This document shows positions 13,690 to 27,442 of a DNA stretch of 64,000 nt, piece after piece. How positions within the stretch are numbered: position 1 is the first letter of the stretch; each line of letters starts with the position of its first letter. The DNA lies in the NCBI RefSeq assembly GCF_009914755.1, contig NC_060925.1; one strand, written 5' to 3'. The position numbers and the translations under genes are program-made. Under the pieces are notes generated by a model that made no database searches, had not been told where the DNA came from, and saw only the letters and a list, made by a program, of their open reading frames with translations. Source of the stretch: the human T2T-CHM13v2.0 reference genome, Homo sapiens.

Positions 13690-14859
13690 AATTGTATTTC
13701 AGAATATCTGCATTATTATTTCTATGTATGTTGGTGAACATGTCTTTGTGTGTGTTTGTGATTCTCAGTTGCTGTCTTTCTGTCTCTGAGAGGAGACAGG
13801 TTTCTCCCTGGCGGCTTTAGGGCCTTGTCTGGAATCCCCTCTCCCCCCCCGCCACCCCCTAACACATGTAACAGAGTAAAAGGCTTGGACTGGGGACTGT
13901 GAAACCTTTCTTTCCTCCAGCCCAAGAGGGTTAGAGGGGCACTATGAGCTGAATGAAAGAGTCAGTGGAGTAACACTCAAGGTAAAACTTCCCATCCCGT
14001 GAGCAAGACTCATAGCTGGAAGCTACTGCCTGAGTACAAATCCATTGGTCTGGTTGGAGTCTTCCATAAACCCATTGAGTCTCCCAGCTCTCTGCCTATG
14101 CCTGGGACTCCCAGTGGCCAGACTTGCCAGTGTGTTGAGTGAGAGGTGATCTTTGGGTGAAGCAGAGATGATTGCTTAGCTCTTTTCTCTATATATTCCA
14201 GTGAGATTATAGGAGAGGAGAAACAGAGGTGCAAGAAGAGGCAGTGTAGACTTCACAGAAAACAGACACATGTTGAGGGCAAGGGTTGGGAGATGAAGTG
14301 ACAGACAGAGAAGGAAGAAGACACGGTCAGAGACCCAGATGCAGGGAACTTGAGAGAGGTGAGCCACACAGGCCTCTTCAGCTAGGATCCCTGCAGCTGG
14401 CAATAGTAGAAAAGAAGGAAGAGGTGGAGGACTGAGACCACTGTAGAAAGGGTGTCAAAATCAGGATTAGGGTGGGAAGAACACACCAGAGCTGGGGAAG
14501 GGTTGTTTGGGGTTCCCAAGTCTCTCATCGCCTTCACCAGTGGAGAAGAGATGAGGCTCAAGGTGCAAAGAGTACACGCAGTCCCTCTGCCAGAGGCAAG
14601 GCAACCCTCTCCTTGTTGAGAGACTGTGGAAGTGGAGGGAGGTCAAACGGAGTGGGCCACCTTCCCACCATTTTATCAAATGGTCCAGGCAAAGTAAGGT
14701 TAGGTTGGATGGTATAAAGGGAGAAACCTCTGCTGATACTGGGATGAAGGTCTCTGGCTGGTTGCTTCGTCTACTTAAATGTCTCTGAGTTTAATTTTGT
14801 TTATTTTCACTTGAGGAAGGGTGACTGTGACTGAAGGAACATGCACCCACACAAGTGAG

Positions 14860-14861
<2 letters not shown>

Positions 14862-14894
<33 letters not shown>

Positions 14895-15101
14895 TGTCAG
14901 TAAAGCACTTTGTAGCTATGTGATCTCATTTACAATGAATATGTCACTCCCAGATATTAGATCGGAGGTTTACGTAAAAGATTTATTAATTGGTTTTTCC
15001 TCTTTAGAGGAGAAAATTAAGTCAGCAAGAATTATGTCTGATGGTGGATAGTTGGATGAGATACTTCCACAACTGCTATTTATAGGAGAAGCAGCAGACC
15101 C

Positions 15102-15144
<43 letters not shown>
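14862..15144. repeat. Two (TG)n microsatellites (14862-14891 and 15103-15144)
   Basis: Seen directly in the sequence. Confidence 0.95.
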
Positions 15145-15147
<3 letters not shown>

Positions 15148-16329
15148 TTATCTGAGCATATTGCTTGGTGTCTGTGTGTTGGAGGATCCATATCAGGAAA
15201 AGGTAGAAAAAAGAGGGCTGGGGAACAAGAGCGAGATGTACCCTTATAGGGGCTTCTAGGGATCTTGGAGCTCCAGACCCATGACTCAGACCCCAGTTTC
15301 TCAGTGGGCCAAGAAGGGTAGACCTGAGCCAGAGAAGATTGCGGTCTGAGGACCGGGAGTCAGAGAGAAGCCACTGATGCCCAGCTGGCCTTGAAAAATA
15401 CCCAGAAAGGGAATTGCTGCGGGAGCTCCCAAGGCTCCAGATGCTGAAGGCAGAGAAGAAGGGAGGGTATTTAGAGTTTGGGGCTCCTTTAGGTTGTCTT
15501 TGTGGGGAACCTGTTAGGAGCTGGGAAGGGCCCATTTGGGATCTGGACTTCAAGGCAAAGGATGAGGGAGTTTCAGGATTTGTATGGTAGAATCCTCCTG
15601 GATGTTTTTTAATTCCTCCTGACTGGAAGGGCCTAATGGGTGACTCCTCCCAAACTATGGGTGCATAGGGTGGGTGTTCAGTTTAAGGAGGCTCACTAGG
15701 CATCCTGGGAGGAGAAACAGGCTATCCCATCTGGAGGGGCTCCTGTAGGTTCCGTCTGTGCTTGGGTGGAGGGAACTGAGGTTCTGCTGCCCTGCAGGCC
15801 CCAACAATCAGTGACAATAATAAGAAAATATTCAGGGCATACCTTCATCTCTCTAAGGTGAGAAAAAAAAGAAGGTAGGAAATCGGCCTGGGGTTCAGAG
15901 AGTGCTGCTGAGAGCGGGCAGTTTAAAGGGAAAGAAAATTGGCGAATTTCACTGGTCAATTTCACTTCATTTCGTTCAATTTCGTTCAATTTCATTCCTT
16001 TTCATCCAGCGCCGGGAGGCCCGAGGCCACAAGGAAGGGGAGGGGGTCTTTCCGGGCGAATTTCCCTCATCTTGTAGATTTACTTTCTAGGGCTGTGAAG
16101 AACAGCCTTGATTCTGAAACTTTGACGTACGTTTTTCAGCTGCCGCTAAGAGCAGACATTTTATTTTATTGAAGGGTATTTGGTTTGGGTGATCGAAGCA
16201 CATCGGTGAGACTCTCCGCACTTCTCTCTTGCAGCCCAATTAAAGCGGTTAATTCTTTTCACCGCTTATTCCTCCCCATCTTTCTTTCTTTCTCCTGGGG
16301 CTCCTCGGACCACCCAGGAGCCGGAGTTG

Positions 16330-17810
16330 AGGTGGGGGCGGACACTTCCCCTCCATATCCAATTTGCTCTTGCCACAGCGGGCGCGTCTTCGTGGTTACA
16401 AAGCGCTTTTTCCCTGATGACTTTTTTCCCCTTTTCAAAAACACTTCTTTCTCCCCCCTTCAACTAGCAACCCTCCCCAGGCCCACCCCTCCTCCCTCTC
16501 CGCTCCGGTTTATTTAAACTTCGCCTCCTCCAGCGCCGCCGCAGCGCGCACTTAATGAAGTTGAAGGCTCGGTGAGCCCGGGTGAAGAGGGTTTGGAATC
16601 TGTTGAAAGGGGCGTTTTGTGACACTGATTGGGGCGGGGGCGGGGGCAGTCGCGGACCAGACAATGACCGACCAGGCGGGTTTTCCTGCGCACAGGGTCA
16701 GGCGAATAAAGGCGCCGACGCTGTTTAAACGAAGGACCTTGTAAGAGAAAGGGAGAAAAGATTTTGTGTGTGGAGCGTGCCTCGTAAGGTTTCGTGCTTA
16801 GGAGAAGTTGGGAGGAGGCAGCTCGCCTAGAGTCTTTACGGACCGAATTCGGAGTTTATTTCGAACACTATGCATCAAGCCAAAGAAAAGCGGGGCCAGT
16901 TTGGGTTTGCGCCTAACTTAATTCCGATACGCGCGTCAAAATGTTGTGTAGGCTGGGGCCTGGGGAGGCGTTCAGGAGGGCCAACCAGGAAGATGACATC
17001 CAGCCCACATTTGTCTCTGTGGCTGACGCTCTGAGGTTTGGCGCTCTGGAGAAACGTTGAAAGAAAACTAAAGATGGGCAGTGGTCGGGCAGGATAACTC
17101 ATCCTCCTAAAGCGTTTGTGAGCAAAACAAATGTTGATTGGGTTTTTTGGAGCGGAATTACTCTGTTCTTTAAGGTCGGCGCAGACACGTACCAGCAGAG
17201 AACCTGTAGACAGGACAGAGGTTTCCAGCTCTAGTTTCGGGAACGGATTTTTCCGCGGGCTAGTGGGCGCGGCGCGGCGCAGGGCGGAGCGGGCACCGCC
17301 TCCTTCCGTAGCGGAGCGAGAGCTGCCGCTCGAGGCTGAGGCCGCTCCGGAGGCCTGGAGGCTTCGGACTGCTGGACTAGTGGGGAAGGAAGGCGGTTTC
17401 CTCCGCAGCTCCCCGGTGCTGCACTCCGCACCGTCACCTTCTGGGTTGTTTCTGGCGCTCCCTCTGCTCTCAGCCTCGAGTCCTGGGTCCCTGCGGAGCG
17501 CTGTCTTTTCGCTCCACGCGGACTCTGAGCGGAAGTCGCTCGCTGTCCGCGACTTTGCATTTCTCCTGCAGCAGGGGTCTCTACCCGGTGCCTTCCTCCC
17601 GGCACGCTAGCCTCCTCGCCGAAATTTCGTCGTCCCGGAGTCGGTAACCGAGTCCCAGGCTTTACTGCCACTCCACTCCCTGCTGGGTTATTTAAGAGAT
17701 ACGCGGCTTCCGAGGGGTTTTCATCAGACCCCGCAAGTGCGCTCGGCTGGGAAGGATGCGCTCCGATGCCGCTACAGGGGTTCCGCGCGTTTCACCGCGG
17801 GAAGCCCGGG
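16330..17810. promoter_or_regulatory. Downstream CpG island
   Basis: Dense CpG, inverted CCAAT (ATTGG 16628) and tandem GC boxes (16631-16646). Confidence 0.85.
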
Positions 17811-20052
17811 CATTGGAGATCTGTGCTCAGTTCTCTAGGTGTTGGAAAGTTGCCTCAGGCTGCTTTCATCTCTGGGGCATTTCTGTCTACGCAGGCAGAA
17901 GGATCTTTGGAATTGCAGTTGCATGGATCTTAGTTCTGGAAAGGGCGAATCATTGGGGGAACAAAAAATTCAAATCCGTCCTTTTGATTCCTAAAAATCA
18001 CTGCAGACCTGAAAAGTGCATTTCGAGTTATCTGTGTAGACACTGCCGGTGTGTGTGTGGTGGCGGAGGGTGGGGTAAGGGCCGAGGGTACAGGAGTGGA
18101 CTTTATTGTTCACATTAACTCACCGGTGCTTACAGAGGACCCTCGATTCGCGACCCCCTCCCCCAGCAGGTGTCTGTGCAGTTCGGACTCCTGGGCTTAG
18201 ATGCCCCATCCCGTTCAGATGCAAATGTGCTGGGTTCGGGTTGAGTGTGAGGAATCCACCTCCCCACCCCCACCCCGGCCCACGCCTTCCTTCCCCGACG
18301 CCCCTTCTGGGCCTTTTGGGTTCCTGTCTCAACTTTGAGTTGCCTATACATCTTTTTGAGATAGGTCTCGCCTCCTCAACAGTCATCATAGTCAAAGAGG
18401 GCAACTAGTGAGGCTATTGCGTGAATTAGCCTTCGACCCAGACTGCAGGAGCTTGGGGGTTCTGAGGACAGCACGGCTCTACTTTCCACTTTGGAGTGGA
18501 ACCTACCTGGCGGGGGTCACACAGCAGATAGTTTGTGCAGCTGGGAAGATGAGCCCTGGACCCGAACGGTATGAGGATATGTATCCTAAGGCCAGCTTTG
18601 GTCCCAGTTCACTGGGGGCCGGCTGCCCCAGCCAGCTATGGTCTGCAGAGCCCGAAGGCAGGCAGGAGGATCGCAGATCGAAGATCTGCAAGGACTGAGG
18701 ATCGTTCCTAGTGTCTGTTTGGAAGCCCGTGGGTCTTGCAATGCGAGGGCAGACAAACTACGAAGCGGGTTCCGGATTCCGATGAGCCACACGACCTCTC
18801 CGGCCCCTGATCTGAGCACCCCTCACCTTGGTCCATCTGCTGACCATCTAAAATGTGTAAGCCCAGCGTCAGGGCTCAGTGTGTGACCAAGAACAGTTTT
18901 CCTGTTTGAGGAGTTACCTGATAATGCTCAAACACAGGCGAGTTAATTTGTCCCCAACTCTGGAGATCTTTTTCCTGTCTGGCTCCTTCTTTCCTTCCTT
19001 AAATATTTAGTGAGCACCTACTGTGTGCTGGGCATTGTCCTGGAGGTACAAGCAGTGAACTTCTGCCTGGCATCATTACAAGCAATCTAACTTGGTAGTT
19101 GAGAAAACAAAGAAAGATATAACGATCGACTATCACCATATTTGAAGTAAAAAAAAAAAAAAGAACTTTGGTGTTTTAAGGGTTAAGTTTGTAGCTTTTC
19201 ACTTTATCATGATGGCTGCAGGTATCACAGCCCATAGATGTGTGCCTTCTGGGTGTTTGGGGACTGTGACTGTGTTTATGCTTGTGTGTGAGAGGGTATG
19301 GATATGCATCAGTGTGTGCAGGAGAATGTGCTTAGGGGTGAAGATTGATGAATGACTATGTGTGTGCTAAGGTATACTTGTGATGTATCAGTGTGAGTCT
19401 GTGAGTACAGTAAGTCTCCCTGGCTGTCTTGGGCAGAGGCTGGAGAAATGTGAGTGAAGAGGATTGGAGTGGAAGGGTTAGGAATGAGTCCCTGCCTGAG
19501 TTCCCAGCCTATTCCTCTGTTCCTTAACAAAAATTAGGACGTATCCTTCTTCCAATTTCCTTCCCTACTGCAGACAAGGATGGGAACATGGAGCACAAAG
19601 TGAAGGTGCTAATGGAGTGCAGTGAGGGCAGCAGTGGAGCAGTCAGCCCTCCTCCCAAGATTCTTACCTCTTACCTTTCCCGCTATGTCCAGCCCCTGCA
19701 GCCTGCCTGGGGGTCAGGATCCAGGTTATTGCAGAGCAGCTGAGAGGCTCCATTGTGTGGCCTTGGACCTGTTCTCTGGCCTGGTGCTGCTAGCCCCCTC
19801 CCCTCTAGACCACACAGAGGGTCTTGGCTACTGGTCCTAGGTGACTGTGGAGTCTTCTCTTCCATTGCCAGAAAACTGGCTTACATCAAGGAGGCAGGTG
19901 CAGGCTGTAGAGCCTGAAATGCCAGAGCTTGCAGGGTCTCCAAGGCTAACATTGTATGGGAAACTGGTCTAGAGGGGGTGAGCGGTGGCATTTGCCCAGA
20001 GTTGCTCAGCAGGATCCTAGATATAAAGTTGGACCCTGCAGCATCTATGCAC

Positions 20053-20104
20053 TAACATAGACAATTAACATAGATAATTAACATAGACAAATAACATAGA
20101 CTAT
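20053..20104. repeat. 13-bp tandem repeat, 4 copies (TAACATAGAYAAT)
   Basis: Units start at 20053, 20066, 20079 and 20092. Confidence 0.9.
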
Positions 20105-20121
20105 AGACACTGGTCCAGATC

Positions 20122-20460
20122 TTTTCCTTTTATTTTTAGTTGATGCATAATAATTGTAGTAAATAATTTACTACAATTATTACAACCCCACAAATATGGG
20201 ATTTAATTGTATGTAAATCCCATATTTGTGGGATGCAGAATGATATTTGATACATGCATACAATATGTAACAATCAAATAAGGGTAATTAGCATAACTCT
20301 CACCTCAAACACTTATCATTTCTTTTTGTTGTGAACGTTAGAAATCCTCTTCTAGGTTTTTGAAGATATATAATAAATTATTGTTAACTATATCTACCCT
20401 ACAGTGCTATGGAACACTAGAACTTGTTTCTCCTACCTTGCTGCAATTTTGTTTTCATTA
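20122..20460 (-). mobile_element. L1M (L1MA-like) 3' end fragment
   Basis: taataattgta..catatttgtggg...caaataagggtaattagcata...cacctcaaacacttatcatttc matches the reverse complement of an L1MA-type 3'UTR. Confidence 0.8.
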
Positions 20461-21107
20461 AGGTATAGCTATTTTGAGGAAACTAAAAACTTAGCATCTC
20501 CTCTTGTCTCTAGGGAAATCTCAAATGTCACCTGGGCTGTCAATGCTTCTGAATGCCCCTTCCTTCCTAAAGGCAGGATAGGAGTAAGGTCAAGATCAAG
20601 GTGAAGGATAGCAGACAATTATCCAGATAAATCAGGCATGGAATAGATCACCTTTAGGTGAGAGAGGTGCTCGTGGCTTTAGGGAGAAGTGTAGGTTAGC
20701 AAGAGCGTCTGGCACTCCACTTTCCCCAGGGTTCCTGGGCTGGGAGAGGTGGCCGAATTCTCCTCCTAGCCCTAGGCAGAGCAGAAGGTCCAGCGCCAGT
20801 GACCCCCTTGGAGGAGAGGAAGGGGTAGGGGAATGGTCAGAGTTTGCCAGTGAATGTCTCTAGTTTTCGGATCTTCCAGTGTGGTGGCTTCCCTGCCTCT
20901 TTTGCTTTCGTGAGTCTGTTGGAGAATCTATCTGTCAGTTGGCCCACTGGAGTGCTCCAAGCCTTGCTTCCCTCACCCCACCTGACTCTAGGCCTTTTAT
21001 AAAGTGAAGAATAAACAAAGAAAATCTGGGCCACTCAGGTCCCAGGCAGCTTTGGTTGGAGCCGTTCCTTCCTTGGTCAGATATGCTGACCAAGCTTCAG
21101 GGCTTTG

Positions 21108-21108
<1 letters not shown>

Positions 21109-21146
<38 letters not shown>

Positions 21147-21155
21147 TGCGTGTGT
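21109..21155. repeat. Imperfect (TG)n microsatellite
   Basis: Seen directly in the sequence. Confidence 0.95.
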
Positions 21156-22149
21156 AGGCTCAAGTGTAGCATTAGGAATTCTGAATTACACTTACCTCTG
21201 GAAGCTACCAGGGCTTTTTGGTGCCTCTTTCCACTCCTCCTGGATCTTTACCTTAGCACCTACCCTGAAGATACTTATCTAATATTGGGAGTAGAGAAGG
21301 GGAGGAGGTGAGAAGATTCCTGATTCTTGCTGGGGTGCTGACTCTCTGTGTCCTTCGGCAAGTACTCCCCCTATCCCCACTGGGCCTCCATTTCTCTGTC
21401 TCAGAAATGGAGCTGGGGAAAGTTAGCCTGGACTCACCTCCTGGGTCTGTGGTCAGTGGCTGCTTCCCAGCTCCTCCCTCTAGTCTACTGAACAGCTCAT
21501 GCCCCTCCCTCAGCTGTCGCTCTGCAGCAAGGGTGCTGGATGGGACAGTGCTGGACTTTGGAGACATCTCAGGAGCAGCCTCAGGACTTCTACCATAGCT
21601 GCCTACTTACTGGGAGCTTGGCTCACTTCCTTTCTGGATCTAAGAGGCTTCCACGTGGGACCCAGGGCTTTTTCCTTCCCTGGCAGGGCCATGGAGGGGT
21701 GGCCAAATCTCTGTGTATGTTTTGGTTGCCGGTTTGCATAAATGTACCTCCTTTGGGGAGAAGAGGGAATGTGGATGAGGTTGAAGGTGAGTCGCTGCCT
21801 GAAGCTGGCAGAGCTCAGCCCATCCCATTGTGTCTCCCGGGGCACTGAGATAGGGTGGCACGAAATGGAAAAGGGAGCCTCTAACCCAGCTCCTTTTTAC
21901 TCCTCTCTGTTCACCCTGAGCCACCCAGCCTTCTTTCCGGGAAGCCTTGCCCGGATGAGGGCTGGGTAGTGGGGAGAGGCAGGGCACCCCACAGGAGCTG
22001 GAGGGCTGTAACCTATCAATGTGGGGGAGTGGGTCAGAACGTTCCCAAAGCCTGAGTGGGGAGGGGGCTGTGGCTTGGCTCCCTCCCTAAAAGTCCCCGC
22101 CCAGGCCAAACTAAAGAACTTGCTTTTGTGGGGTTGTAGCTGGAAGTAC

Positions 22150-22740
22150 TCGAAGACTGGGGGCCGGGACCAGAGCTCTCAGAGACAAGTCCGCCGAGTG
22201 AGTGTCTGAGGATGGAGACGCGAAGGGAATGGGGAGGGGCGGGCTCTGTTGCCGCTTACCCTGGAGCTGGGGCTCCAGTTTTCCAGTCGAAGTTCTCCTC
22301 TCTGCCTACATCTCGGATTCTGGGTCTCAGATGCAATCGCGCACCCAAATTGCATCCTGTGAACAGAAAAAGTCTCAAACATGCGTACAAAGAATATTCA
22401 GAAGCAGAAGCAATTTCTGAAGAGCGAGGCCCGGGACTGAGTTGGCGAGACTCCCAGTTCGAGTGAGCGAAGCCAGGGTGGAGGGCTCCGGACCGAGATT
22501 CCTGAAAGCCTCCCTGACACCGGATCCTGAGCGCAGGACGGGCCCAGCCACTTGGGGGCGCCGCTGGCCCCAAAGTACCGGGAGCTTACCCTCCGCTGAC
22601 CAGGATTCACCCTGGCTGGCAGAGACTACCCTACGCTCCGCTCACCCGGCCACCCCGCCCCGCTCTGCGCTGACCCTCCGTTAGAGGCTGACTCTCCAAA
22701 CTAGGACGATCTTGCTCCTATGCGGGACGACCCAGCGCTA
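22150..22740. promoter_or_regulatory. Small distal CpG island with a CTCF-like motif (22545-22563)
   Basis: CpG cluster containing CAGCCACTTGGGGGCGCCG. Confidence 0.7.
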
Positions 22741-24224
22741 AAAAGGGATGACCCTATACCACCGGGGGTGACCCTGCTTTGAGTGGGTCTGACCCTGTGC
22801 TAACAGAGATGACCTTAAACTGACAGAGGCAGATCCTGTGCTAACCGGGATGTGCTTGCGCTACCAAGATTGGCTTTGTGCGCTCCCTCTTAAGGCTTAT
22901 CCTGCATAGATTAGGTGCTAAGGCTTGCAGTCCTTGTTATGGTCCCTGTAGCTCTTGCGCCGCAGCAGGGATGCCCTATTCCACCCCCAAACTGGTAGCT
23001 GCTTTATTCCTCTCCCCGTAGCCCTTTGGGGGCAGTTCTGGGACACCTGGTTGGAGAGAAGCCTGCCGTGGCTGGGCACACCCTGCACCTCTGGGAGGAG
23101 GAGTTCACAACCTCAAGGAGGAGGTGGCTGAGTTGTGGGGAGGGAACTGATTTTATGGAGGCTGGGGCATCTTGGGGGCCAGGACTGTGAGTACTTTTCT
23201 GTTGTCTGTGCTCCTGACCCCAGAGCCCGGCCTTGCCACCCCCACACCCTCTCCACATATGTAGGCGGCTTTATTTTTGCACCACTCCATCTTCCTGGGC
23301 CTACTCTCCCTCTCTGTAAAATGAAATGAACTTATCACCAGACTGCCCTCATCTGCTGGAATGTCCTTGTCAGTCTCAATTCATTTCACCATTCTTTTAT
23401 TACTCACTTTGTGCCTGGTCCTCTCCTCTGCACTGGGGATACAGTGGTGAACAAAACCGATGTGGTTCCTGTCCTCAGGATGGTGACAATCTAGTGGAGG
23501 ACAGAAAGAAACACAAATGCATGTGGAATTAAAGCTGTAATATGGGCGCAGAGGGAAGAATGCCGACGGCCTTGAGAGAGAATAGCTGAAGGATGTCATG
23601 GGGTGGGGATTCCTCCCCAGCTCTGGAGCCTGCTGTGGGGAGAACTCATCACCCCATACTTGATCCTGTTTGACTCCGATTTCAGTCAACAGACCTCTGG
23701 CCGCTGGACTTGCTGGTCATGGCAGCTATAGGGAGCCAGGAGCCCCTCCCAGTGTGTCATCATCCATCACAGATTTCCATTTGAGCAGCCCTCCTCCAAT
23801 GTCACCAGAAGGGATTCACCCTTCATTCCAGCACCCAGAGCAACTTCCTCTCCCCAGGTCCTTGGATTTGGAAGAGGCAGTCTGCCCCTCAAGAACACGA
23901 TGTGGAAGTCAGGCTGGCTTTGGGATATGAGATGGCTTCAGTTCTGAGATCTCTCTCTCTCTCCCCCTCTCTTTCTTTTTCACTGAAGGCCACAGTCACA
24001 CTGAGATCTCTATCCAGCATGCTGTCTGGTGCAATAAATAGTCATTGATTAAAAGAATAATTCTAGGAGACTACTCTTTAATGAGCCCAACAGCCAGAGT
24101 GATTCTGTGGTTCATGGGTCTGATTATCTGATTGTTCCTTCTTCCACTTTCTACCTGGTTCACTCCCTACTCAGGGTCACCTCCCCCACCAAGCCTTCAC
24201 TAGCATCTCCCCACTCCCACAGAA

Positions 24225-24485
24225 TTTTTTTTTTTTCTTTTTTTGGAGACCGGGTCTTGCTGTGTCACCCAGGCTAGAGTGCAGTGGCATGATTATGGCT
24301 CACTACAGCCTTGATTTCTCGGGCTCAAGCGATCCTCCCATCTCAGCCTCCTGAGTAGCCAGGACTACAGGCTAGCCACCACGCATGGCTAATTATTTAT
24401 TTGTAGAAATGGGGGTCTCCTTATGTTGCCCAAGATGGTTTCAAACACCTGGGCTCAAGCAATCCTCACACATCAGCCTCCCAAT
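24225..24485 (-). mobile_element. AluJ-like element, 5'-truncated
   Basis: Alu consensus with GGGCTCAAGCGATCCTCCC. Confidence 0.85.
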
Positions 24486-25819
24486 CCTAAGACTTTTCAT
24501 ACTTTTAAAGAACTTACTGTGATGTATTATTTTCTGCTTGCTGTTCCCCCTCCCTCATCTTTTCCAGTACACAGCACAAGGCCTGGAACATGAAAGAATG
24601 AATCAACTGCATGTGTAGAAGGGCCCCAAAAATGTGTTGCATTGCCCAAAGACAAGTGGAGTTAATGTGATTCAGAAATATGTCCCTTCATAGAGCAATA
24701 ATGATCTCTGGTGCCTGGTGTGGTGGGGAAGGGGGAGTGGGGGAACAGTGTCCAGGACAGCAGTGGCTGGGGGCCCCTGAGCCCCAGTGTTGCAAGATAA
24801 CCCAAAGGGAGAGAGGCAGCCTGTACTCAAGCTCAGGGCACCTCCGTTCTCAAGACAAAAGGAGCTTGGACTGGAGGAGTCATACCTTGAGGGAGGGGGC
24901 TAGAGAGCTGTCTCCCCACCATCCCTGCACTCCCATGGTGCAGCAGCTGTCCAGGGAGCAGGCCCCAGCTCTCTAGAGCTGCACAGAGAAGATGAGTGCT
25001 CCCAGCCCAAGGACAGAGGCTCCAAGTGCTTGTTGGGGATAGGGCAGAGGCGGGAGAAGAAGGGAGGGGTTGAGCAGAGGGAGTGGCTTTCAAGGGTGTG
25101 GGACAAAGAGGCTGACTCTGCCTGGGACCCCTGAGGAGGTATCATTCTCCAGGGTTGGAGAGGACCCATGTTTCTTTTAACCCCTTCATGACTTCTGGCC
25201 TTGTCTGGCTACCAAAACTACAAAGACTTGGAGGATGATATACATTGGTTGAAAATCCAGCTTGGGTGGAGGTAGTTTTAGAGAAGGGAGATTGAGGCCC
25301 TAATGTGGGAAAACACTAGTACTTCCCCAGCCCCACTTGTATCATACATTCTCCTTAAACACACATAATCTGTGGGGACCTGGGCCAGGCCGTTGGGGGA
25401 TAGAGCTGAATCAAACCATTTTCTGACTACCCTCTTGCCTCCCATGCAACATTTACTGATCCTACTATGGCTGGGTATCCCTGGAAGAGGCCCACTGTGG
25501 GTGTGGGGTGTAGGTTTGGGGACAGGAAGGGAATTTATGCAACTTTCTTCCCTGGGAAAGCTCATAGTCTGAAGTTAATAGCTCTTGGTGCTTCAATTCA
25601 GGGGCGATACATTTTGTGAGTGGAGAGCAGGCACAGGAGACTTCCTGGAGGAAGTGGCATTTGAATTGGGCCTTGAAAGTTGGGGAGAATTTGGACCATA
25701 GAAGGTTGGGTGTGAGGGGAAGACATCTAGGGCATTTCATCCTTTATGAGCGAGGGCATTTGGGAGAGCTGAGTGAGTTCAAAGTTAATTTAAGCTGAGA
25801 GGTCTTCCCTGTACTCTTC

Positions 25820-26670
<851 letters not shown>

Positions 26671-26701
26671 TCCTTGAGTCTTCTGTTCCATTCAGTGTTT
26701 T

Positions 26702-27018
26702 TTTTTATTGTTGTTGTTTTTGTTTTGTTTTTTTCTGAGATGGAGTCTTGCTCTGTCACCCAAGTGGGAGTGCAGTGGCGCGATCTCAGCTCACTGGAAC
26801 CTTCATCTTCCGAGTTCAAGCAATCCTCATGCCTCAGCCTCCTGAGTAGCTGAGGTCACAGGTGCATGTCACCACACCTGGCAAATTTTTGTATTTTTAG
26901 TAGAGACAGGGTTTTGCCATGTTGGCCAGGCTGGTCTTGAACTCCTGACCTTAGGTAATCTACCTGCCTTGGCCTCCCAAAGTGCTGAGATTACCGGTGT
27001 GAGCCACTGCGCCTGGCC
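26702..27018 (-). mobile_element. AluS
   Basis: Full-length Alu with TSD CCATTCAGTGTTTT. Confidence 0.93.
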
Positions 27019-27045
27019 CCATTCAGTGTTTTAAAGATCCAGATA

Positions 27046-27442
<397 letters not shown>

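Noticed and set aside
22586-22870. CRISPR-like repeat-spacer reading of the 20-bp periodic array
   Set aside because: Mammalian context, cores of only ~6 bp that are degenerate, spacers similar to each other, and no cas genes.
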